NCBI GenBank assembly: GCA_021613535.1
Contig: CP075497.1
Location: 9,858,001 to 9,922,000, forward strand
Direction: 5' to 3'
DNA length: 64,000 bases
Origin: Adineta vaga
Taxonomy: Eukaryota; Animalia; Rotifera
The notes below the pieces were generated by a model. It had not been told where the DNA came from, did not search any database, and was given only the letters and a program-made list of their open reading frames with translations. Below, one piece after another: positions 53,664-64,000 of this stretch. The stretch's first letter is position 1. Each line of letters begins with the position of its first letter. Made by a program: the position numbers and the translations under genes.

Positions 53664-56600
53664 ATGGCTGATCCAAAAAAGCCATCCACGGCAACCTCAT
53701 TATTGTCAACTACAAATTCATTCTTATCAACTAAAAATACGACGCTTCCTAGTACTAGTTCTCTATTACAAGGTTCTAGTCTTTCGTTTTCATCGAGTCT
53801 TAATACAACAAGTTCACTTTTGTCGGGAACTACGACGAGTAAACCAACAAGTTTCTTTACATCGTCAACATCATCAACATTATTGAATTCTACTTTAAAG
53901 CCACCGGCTTCATCATTTTCCATTAGTACCGCTTCAAAGCTATCACCTTCACCATTCTCTTTGAGTTCTACATTAAAACCAACATCATTTTTTTCCACTA
54001 CAAATGTCTCTACAGCTAACAATACATTATTGTCATCATTGAATACTAATACTTCATCATTACTTACTACTGAAACAAGTTCAAGTCGAAAACGTAAAGC
54101 TGAACCTTTAGAATCAACATATATAAGTCCATCATCAGCTTCAACATTTCCTAAGAACTCTCTTATAACAAGTACAACAGTACCTACAACATTAACTGCA
54201 TCAGTCGTCGATGCTAATGAGCGTAAATATAATTGCGAAAATATTCAACCACTTCAATCGGAACAAATTCGTCTCGGTGTTAATATACATTGTCATATTC
54301 CAGCACCAAAACGCTCACGTATTGATCCATTTAGTTCCATTTATGCTAAACTTGAAAATATCAATAATGAAGATTTTAATGTCAGCATCAAATCGATTAA
54401 GGTTAGATTTGAATTATGACAAAAGGAAAATTTTCATGAATTAATTTCTTATTCGTTATTTTTTAGAAAAGTCTTTTGAATTCACTTGCTGATTCATTAT
54501 TAAGTCAACCAGACCTACGAAAAGCTACTGATCACAAACGAACTGAACTAATTCGATTAGCAAATTTAGTCGTTGAGCAAGATCCGGAATTCATTCTTAA
54601 AGTAATAAATCATCATTTCGCAATGTGAATTCATCTGTTTACTTTATTTAGGCGGCCCTCTATACACGAAACCATTTAAATATACGTATAGCAGCTAATT
54701 TTCTTGTTGCATATGCTTCATTTACGGATCCTTGTCGACTATTTCTTAAGAAATATTTCAAAGCTGTTGTTAATTTACCATCAGATTGGATTGAAATTGC
54801 TGAACTTTATCAAACATTTTTTGACAAACGTATTCATTTTGGTTCTTTACCATCAGCATTACGTCAGTTATGATACAGAAGTTTCCTGATTTTGATAAAT
54901 ATCAATTGGCAAAATATAATAAAGAAAAGGCTAGATTAAAAAAAGCTAAAAAAGTAAATGCAGCTCACGCAGGATCACATGCGAAGGTTGTTTCTGTTCG
55001 AGGACGAGGTGGTGCTGCATCTGCACGTGGTGGCCGAGGTCGTGGATCATTTCGTGGTGGTCGTGGTGGTCGTGGTGCAAGTCGTACAGCTTCTACAGAT
55101 TCAGATATGAGTGTTGCATTAACGGACCAACAAACAGATAAGTCCGCTCGAAAAGCCATGAATAAGATTAATGAAGAAGATCGCGAAACACGACGAATGG
55201 CATTTACATTAAAACGATTAATTCGTCAATTGCATATAAGTGAACCAGTTGAACATGTTTGGTGTTTACTTGGTAAACGATATCCTGAATCATCAGAATT
55301 GTTCTATCTATCACGTTTACCTGGTGTATTCGAACCCGAACGTTCAAATAAACGTATGAAGTTGCCAACACCAGAAACGTAAGAAATTCTTTGCTTTAAT
55401 TTTTCATCTAAACGTTTCCTTTATTTTTACCAATAGATGGGAAACACAAATTAGTTTAAAAGGCAACAAAGCTTCTGTTTGGCAACAATTGATTGATAAC
55501 AAGAAACTTCCTTTCATGGCTATGTTAAGAAATTTACGAAATATGATTAAAGTTGGTAAGTATTTAGGACAAAAACAATTGATATTTAATGATGATCGAT
55601 GGTGAACTATAATTATTTTCAATTTAGGTATTTCTGAGAAACATCATCAATGGGTTTTGAAGAAACTTCAAGATAATGGTGCAGTTACGAATAGCCGTCA
55701 ATTTCCATTTCGTTTCTTTTCGGCATATCAAGTTCTTGAAGAACTTGAAGATGAATTTAATAAATGGTGTGAAGCTAAGAACATAGCTGGTATAACACCT
55801 GAAGTTAAAAGCCGCCGATTAACACGAAAAGAAAATGGCAAGAAAACTGGTTTAACTGCTGCCGAAAAAGCGAAAAAATTAGCTGCAAAAGAAATGCCCT
55901 ATGATCTTGCATTATTACAACGATATAAAAAAGCACTGGATTGTTCAGTAAAAATAGCTACACAACATAATTGTCAACCAATTCCAGGTCGAACATTTGT
56001 CTTCTGTAATCTAAGTGATTCTATGTCACAACCATGTCAAGCAGCAAAAGGTTTAGGTAAACCACGAACACGTGCAGAAATAGGTCTTCTAATGGGTTTA
56101 ATGTGTAAATCTGCATGTGAATCAAGTCGATTAATTGTTTATAAAACAAAAGATAGTTTTACAGAAATTGAACAAACACCACAACAAACAATATTGAATC
56201 AAATGACAGAAATTTTAACAAATAATCCATTACCAGCATCAACATCAGCTGTTTGTATACCACCAACATTTCTAACTAATATGATTGCAGAAAAACAATG
56301 GTTCGATAATATGTAAGTAATCAATCAACGATTTACATAAATATTATTTATTTTGCTGTTCTCTTTATTTTAGTATCATTGTTTCTGATGGATTGAAAGC
56401 TGATACAGCTGAATCGGATTTTGTCTATCGATTTCTTTCACTCTATCGATATTTAGTAAATTCCGAGCTTATGTTTGTTAGTATTGATTTAAGTATTAGT
56501 CAATGTTCATTAACAAAATCTGATCGATTTAATAATCGAAATGATATTTTTCTCAGTGGTTTTTCGGATTCTATTCTTCAATTTATTGCTGAACGTGGTA

Positions 56601-59600
56601 ACGATGGTCAATTATTACATGTTGAAAATATTGACAATGCACATAATCTTAATAAAACTATTGATACGAAAAAAGATTCGGAAACAAAAGAATCAAATGA
56701 TAGTTCATCAAAATTATCTTCAAACTCACCACTTACGACATTAGTACCACATTGGCGAACTGTACGTGTCTTTATCTCATCGACATTTAAAGATATGCAT
56801 GCTGAACGTGATCTTCTTACACGTTATGTCTTTCCTGAATTACGTCAACGTGCTAAAAGTCTTTTTATCAATCTTTATCAAACAGATTTACGATGGGGTA
56901 TTGCAGAAAGTCAATCAAAACAATCGGTATTCTTATGTTTGAATGAAGTTTATCGTAGTGATTATTTTATTGGTTTAATTGGTGAACGGTATGGTTATCA
57001 ACCAACATCCTATGATGTTCCCAAAGATGATGCACGATTTGCATGGTTAAATAAAGTACCGATTGGACATAGTATTACTGATCTAGAAATTCAAGCTGGT
57101 ACATTTCATTCATCGACAATAAAACAGAATCGAGCATTTTTCTATTTTCGTGATCCGAAATTTCTTTCCAATGTACCAAAACCATGGTCAGACGATTTTC
57201 TCTCTGAAGATGAAGATTCTAAAATGAAAATCAATCAATTAAAACAACATTTACGCACAAGTGGTTTTGAAACATTTGATAATTATCCATGCACATGGCA
57301 AGGTGTAGCAAATGATCGACCACTTGTGACAAATCTTGAAGAATTTGCACAACGTGTTATCGATAATTTATGGACATCACTACAAGAAGAATACAAACCT
57401 GAATATGTTCTTTTAGATGATAATGAAATTGAAGATACACAACATCGACAATATCGTTTATCATTTATGGAACATTTTGTTACTCGAAATAAAGTTCTAC
57501 AAGATACGATTAAATCTCTTGGAAAAGCTTCAGTAATTCTTCTTACTGGACAACAAGGTTCAGGTAAAACAGCTGCTCTTGCTGCCATTGCAAATACAAT
57601 TATTTCACGAGTGGATTTAAATGTTAAATTATATGAACATTATGTTGGCATCACTCGTTCATCAGTAAATAGTGTATCGATGCTTCGTCGTTTACTTTGT
57701 CAGATTATTAAGGATCATTCAGAATTAATCAGTCAATTTCCAATTGATCAAATTAATGCAAGTAATTATACAGATCTATGTAAAATCTTATCGGACATTC
57801 TTCGTATGCGAAAACATACATTCCACTTGGTCATTTGCATTGATGGTATTGAACTACTTGATAATGAAACATTAGTTCAAACATTAAATTTCATTCCAAA
57901 AGATTTTAACTTCGAAAAAATCACGTTCATTCTCACTGCAACAGAAGATAGTAATGTTGAACAAGCATGTAAACATCAATCGAATACGTTAACAATTAAT
58001 ATTACAAATCTTGAATTACTTGAACGTAGTGAAATTGTTCGAAAACATCTTGATCGTTTTGGTAAAAAACTAGATGAACATGCATTTTCATCTCAAATGA
58101 AATTTATTACTAGTAAACGTGATTCATTTAAGCCATCGTATTTAACATTACTCTGTGAAGAATTATTATTAATGACAGATTATGAAAAGAAAATTACTGA
58201 AAAATTGAAAAGTATTCCACAAAAACAAAATCTCTTTCTATTAGAGATTTTCAAACGATTAGATACGGTCTTTGGTGAAACATATGTAGCAACAATTTTT
58301 GGATTGATTTATTCTGCACGTGAAGATTTAACTGAACAAGAATTACGAGATCTAGTTAATATTGCTTTCAGTTCAACAAAAGCATTACCACCATCAGATA
58401 ATTTTACTTATCCAAATACAACAACACCATTACAATTAGCTGATTTTATATACAATTGTCATATTATATTGAAACCACAACTTTATGATGGACCACAGAC
58501 TGTCTCTATTGCATCCAATGAAATTCGTCAAATCATCAAAACACGTTATATTCGTTCGAATGAACAACGACTCTATCTAAATAAACTTTTAGCATTCTAT
58601 TATTGGTGTGAAGCATCAGGATCTCAATGGACATCAATGAATGTTAAAGCATTTGAACATTTACCTTTTTATTTATATACTGCTGATGAATTTAAATTAT
58701 TCTCTTCAGTTTTAACTGATTTGAAATTTATTGCTGCTAAATGTCGTGTTGGTCTTGTTCAATCGTTAATAGATGATTATGAATTAATTAAATCTTCAGC
58801 AACAAATACAAGTCTTACACAAACAGCAACAAGCTCGAAAATGAGTAAATCTTTAGCAATCAATACGAAAGAGCGACAAATCAATGAAATAGGTCTTCAA
58901 CAATATCGTTCATTTATACAACGTAACAGTCATATTCTAGCAGTTAATCCATTATTGATTTATCAACAAGCTTTAAATGAATTAGAAACAAGTCCTGTTT
59001 TCGATAACATTCAACAGATACTTTCAAATCATCAAAAGAATTCAATTAATAATGAAAATCCAATAACTGCATTCATTCGTGTTAATAAACCGGATAATAT
59101 GGAACAAATGAAATATTCGATGGAAAATTTTTCAGAACCAATTAAATGTTTAGCAGTATCACCATCTGGTAAGTTATACCTACCTAAAGAAAATAATTTC
59201 TAGGCATTACTAACTTTTCTTTTCTTTTCTTTTTTCATTTAGGTGCTCATTTAGCTGCCGGTTCTGCTGATTGTTTAGTTCGTCTCTACAATACATCCAC
59301 TTCTCGTTTATTAAAATTATTTGTTGGTCATGCTGCACCTATCAGTGCCTTATGTTTCGTTGGTGATGATCATTTAGTAAGTGGTAGTAACGATGGTGGT
59401 TTATCAATTTGGGATGTAGCGAATGGCCATCGTTTACATATTCTTTCACCGAAACATGATAAGAGAGTTTCAGAATTATGTTCAAATCAACGTGGTACAC
59501 AATTTGCTTCAGTTTCATGGGATTCATTTGTACGTATATGGGATTTGAAAAAGGCTCGAAAAGAAACTGAAATTAGTTTACATCCAAAACCTGTATCAAG

Positions 59601-62301
59601 TGTTGCCTTTCATCCAGATGGTTTTATGTTAGTGACTGGCTGTTGGGATGGTATTGTTCGACAATGGAATGTTACTAGTGGACAACGTAAATCTGTCATG
59701 CGTGGACATTTAAGTTCAATAAAAGCCGTTGCTTACTCAGCAGATGGTCGTTATATAGCATCATGTTCTATCGATGGTGAATGTCGTTTATGGAATGCTC
59801 TAGCTGGTAGTCAAGTTGGTTTAATATCAGCTCGTATAAGTTCAATTTATTTTTCACCAAGTGGATCAGAATTAGCCTCGGCTGGTAATGATGGCCGTGT
59901 TCGAGTTTTTTCATCAACCATCGGTCAATGTCAAATGATTATACGTCAAGATAGTTGGGGATCAGCTTCTAGTATTGTAATTCATCCTGAAGGAGAATAC
60001 ATCATTGCTGGATATCATTCAGGTTCTATTCGAATATTTGATATTCAAAATGGTACGACTGAACAAGAATTTCATTATCATAAAGGTCGTATTCATCGTC
60101 TTGAACTTTCTGCTCCAATGGGAAATATATTAATATCAGCATCAGGTGATAGTACTTCTCGAATTTATGATATCAAAGATCTTGGCAAACGCAATGATAT
60201 GCGTATTAAAACAACCATACTCAAAGGTCATACAGCCGCTGTTCTTTCCTGTGCTATAAACAAATTACAAATGATTGCTACAGGATCAGAAGATGCAACA
60301 ATATGTCTGTATAGATCATCGAAATTATTTGATCAATCTTCTATTGAACCAAATCAAGTTCTCACACAACATCGTACACCAGTTACAGGTTTAGCATTCA
60401 ACAATGATACAAGCCAATTGATATCTGCAAGTCGAGATGGACAAGTTCATATATGGGATATAAGTCGACATGCAACAACATCAATAGTTACACTTGTTAA
60501 CACACTTGCGCATTGCCATGCAGATTGGATTAATGATATTGCATTGTCAAATACAAATAATGGAAAACTTGTTACAGCATCAAATGATAATACATTAAAA
60601 ATTTGGAATACTATACCAAAAACAACAACAACAACAAATAATGATGATGATGATGATCGAATGGATGTTGTTTCTGCCAATGTTGAAGAAGCTCTAGTTA
60701 CACTTCGCGGTCATCAAGCGTCTGTCAATACTGTATCGTTCGCATATGGATGCGTTGTTTCCGGTTCATTGGATAAAACTATTCGAGTATGGTCACATAA
60801 AGGAACTGAAATTACATGTTTACGTGGTCACACAGAAAAAATAACAGCATGTGATTTATGGGTTAAACTCAAAGGTACTGCTCCAAAAGTTGTAAATGAT
60901 ACAGATCCAAATAGCTGGGCATCAATGATAGCAGAACAAGAAGCTACACTTTCACGATCAACACATACTATCGACAGAATGCTTGTTGTCAGTGCATCCG
61001 AGGATGGTTCAATTCGTATCTGGCGTCCAACAGATCCTGAACAACGTTGTGTCTATGATGCACATGCTCAACCATTAAATGATATTGTATTAAATCATGA
61101 ATCTATTGTTACATCATCTTTAGACAAAACAATTCGTTCATGGCATATTCCTACCAATGTATTTCAAAATAATAATTCTGAAACAGCTGCAATGACACCA
61201 CAAATTGCTGAACCAAATAGTCATTTAGATGAAATTACATCAATTGCTGTTTCTCATGATAATTCATTTGTTTTTACTGTTTCACGTGATTCATATCTAT
61301 TTATTTGGTCATTACTATCAACGTCAATAGATGATACTACTATGGATACAAATTCAAAAACTAAGAACATGTCAAAACAATCGTTCCGTATCATACAATC
61401 AGTTAAAGCACATGATGAAACTATTCTTGGCATGGCTTTAGTTCGTTCTGATGCACAAAATCACGTTCTTGTAACTGGTTCTGTTGATAAAAAGATAAAA
61501 CTTTGGACAGTTTCATGTAAACCAAATGAAGATAAATGTTCACTTAAACGTTTAAGAACTGATACAACAACAGATGGTCCTGTTTCATTTATTGCTGGTC
61601 AACACAATATGCCATATTTTGTTGTTGGTGAAAATCAATCCTTTGATTCATTAATATTCCATCTTTACTCTTCATCTTCATTACAACGTTTAAAAACCTA
61701 TCAAACACAAACATGTCATTGGCCACTTTCATCTCTAGTAACAATAAATGAACATAAACATTGTATTCTAACAATTGGTTCATCAAATAATGAATTATGT
61801 TCCTATGATTTATCATTAATCGATTCAACTGACAGTAGATTATTGGTTTCCTATAGCGCAAATATTGAACATCAAATAGCCGTTCCATCCGAATGGATAA
61901 CATCCATTGAACAACTTGATGACAGTAAAGTCTTTTACTTTGGTACAGCAAATGGAAATATGTATTCAACATCCAGTCTATTAACTAATATCGATACATG
62001 GAATAAAACTGAATTATCAGCTAAACAACGATCAATTACTGGATTATGTTCAATTAATAATGAATTTATATTTACAAGTGGTTTTGATAATGTTATTCGA
62101 GTCCAATATCGAAATGATCATATGAAAACTGAAAATATGAGCGAAGACGATGAAAAAGAAAATGAAATTCTTGGACAATATCCTGTACCAGCACCAATTA
62201 CTCAAATGCGTACATGGAAACAGAAGAATAATGATAGTTTTGGTGTTGTAGCCGGTGATACATTAGGAAATCTCTATTTAGTACAATGGTATTCATCGTA
62301 A
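53664..62301 (+). CDS. TEP1: Telomerase/vault-associated protein 1 (TROVE-vWA-DUF4062-NACHT-WD40)
   Basis: TROVE: DPEFILK.ALYTR..LNIR, FDKYQLAKYN, TWETQISLKGN, LPFMAMLRNLRN, SRQFPFRFFSAY. DUF4062: VFISSTFKDMHAERD. Walker A GQQGSGKT, Walker B ICIDG. Many WD40 repeats. Confidence 0.95.
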
Positions 62302-62543
62302 TTATGATCAAAACATTTCTTTCATATTTCATATTTGTAGTAAAATAAACAATTTAACCATTTTCACATGTTTTATCGATATATTTTCTCTTTTATACTG
62401 AAATAAAACATATATATATATATACACTGTACTTTGCACTTGATGCTTATCTAAATTTTGAATACAAAAGCATAAATATTTTTTCGAATAACTTTTTTTG
62501 CGCAGTATAAATAATTTCATGTCGTATCGATTGATTTTTTTCT

Positions 62544-63279
62544 ATGAAAACAAAATTTTCTTCTTCTAACAATGAATCTGAACAGAGGAGTTCATCATCA
62601 TCAATACTTCCAACTATACAAAATCAAGATATTTTTGTATTAAAACAAGTTCCTAATCAACTGCATTCAGCTCAACAAGAAATCAATAATTTACGTTTGT
62701 TAAATGTTTGTCTTCAATCAACATTAATTCGTGTTCAAACACAATTAATCGAATATTTACCAGAAAATACTCATGATGAAATCAAACGAAATAATATCAA
62801 ACAAAAGTTAGCTCAACTACGTCGATCCGATGATCATATTCGACGAATTATTCCTACTCAACAAATTTCATTTTTCCGATTCTTCGATCAATTTTCCAAT
62901 CCATCGAACACGAAATCATCCTACGTTAAACATATATCATTGACAAAAAATGAAAGACAAATCGATAATCTACATGAAATGTTCCATGAACTTCATACAA
63001 TCATTCATACAGAACATAATGATAGAATCTGTCAACTCTATATCACTTTAGCTCAAACATCTCAGTCAGTCATTCAAACACGTGATGGTAAATCAAATAT
63101 TTTTCTCGATAAAAAGAAGTAATCCGATATGAAGACATTTGTTTGATATAGTTTTGGATAAAACAATCTATGCTCATCGAAAGATAACAAAACGGAAAAT
63201 CAAACGAAAACTCTTCTTCCTATTTCTTATTATTATTTTTATTTCAATAATAATCTTTAGCATAATTTTATCTATTTGA
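62544..63279 (+). CDS. Divergent syntaxin-like tail-anchored SNARE protein; exons 62544-63087 and 63152-63279
   Basis: KHISLTKNERQIDNLHEMFHEL resembles syntaxin RHSEIIKLENSIRELHDMF. The phase-1 splice adds RKITKRKIKRK and a C-terminal TM helix (LFFLFLIIIFISIIIFSIILSI). Confidence 0.7.
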
Positions 63280-63438
63280 AATACATTAAAATTCTATTGA
63301 ATTCTTTTCATTTCGATGGATTTTCATTAATTGAATAATATTGGCAATTAAACTAAGAAGAATAAGAATAATACCAGTAATTACAATAATCAATGCATCA
63401 GACATAATTATAAAATACGCGCGTTTGCTTTTTCGAAA

Positions 63439-64000
63439 TTATCTCACTGTATACAATACACCTTTTCGAACGAATGTAATTCTTGTTGAAGGATAAGGAA
63501 ACACGGAGTTATCGTCTATCAACAAAATAAAAATATATGTTTAAAAATAGATGAAGATTTTTTGCAATGGAATATTTACATTTGACATTATGTAAAACAA
63601 GAAGCCATTTTTCTTTGGCATACGAGAGATAAAACTAAATAGATTGAATGAAAAAGATAAATAAATTTTAAGAAGACTTACACGATAACCAATTGGATAA
63701 CTAAAATGTCCACCGTATATGCGAACAAATTCTTCAGCTAAAATGGGTAAAGATGGTCGTCGAGATCGATGAAAATAGTTTAGAAAACGACGAAATAGAC
63801 TAGTTCTAAATATAGTTCATTATGAAAATAAAATTCGATCATAAAAACAATGTTGACTACTTTCGATGTAATGTCAACCAAATTTCAGAAATCCATGGAT
63901 GATACATCGTAGACTCATAAAATAAACTTTCACTATCTGATCCATCATGTAAATTCATAACTGTATGTTGATGATTAAATCTATCATCTGAAGATGAATG
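63439..64000 (-). CDS. 3' end of an unidentified multi-exon gene
   Basis: Four exon pieces splice in frame (..WISEIWLTLHRKTSLFRRF..YPIGYRFYLSY..RITFVRKGVLYTVR*); no family recognised. Confidence 0.55.

Noticed and set aside
53603-54022. 139-aa antisense ORF and similar shadow ORFs (19207, 42117, 57283, 60447, 61589)
   Set aside because: These are antisense to real exons and are explained by codon bias and low complexity.
1-64000. tRNA, rRNA or SL RNA genes
   Set aside because: None recognisable by eye; tRNAscan-SE and Infernal would be needed to exclude them.

Overview
This is eukaryotic, very AT-rich, gene-dense DNA with many ~50-65 nt GT-AG introns. Intron style and gene content (a cytosolic ADP-ribosyltransferase fused to NHL repeats, an HFxGG-type membrane protein, a fungal-type DUF3605 gene) point to a bdelloid rotifer; that assignment is inference. 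About 20 genes can be assembled by hand-splicing: a partial gene, a TBC Rab-GAP, SOUL, an ART-NHL-NHL fusion, an HFLGG mucin-stalk membrane protein, RANBP9/10, DUF3605, FANCI, an inactive M1 aminopeptidase, DCX-EMAP, LRRC49-like, SPMIP5/FAM166-like, a PWWP protein, RPGRIP1L, CEP78 (with a nested antisense ORF), TEP1, a syntaxin-like gene and a second partial gene. The 3.4-17.9 kb stretch is a gene-poor accessory island containing MITEs and repeat remnants. Main leads: (1) a three-exon, one-domain-per-exon R-S-E mono-ART with two NHL propellers, a candidate intracellular sensor-toxin; (2) an unannotated ~60-aa domain resembling the pogo/CENP-B HTH, shared by the PWWP protein and the partial gene 42 kb away; (3) an intronless HIT-like DUF3605 ORF 35 nt upstream of FANCI, with a possible in-frame fusion splice; (4) FANCI with Thr at the K523-equivalent ubiquitination site; (5) a pseudo-aminopeptidase; (6) symmetric micro-exons encoding a mucin stalk; (7) a cluster of ciliary genes. 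All family calls come from motifs recognised by eye; no database searches were run.
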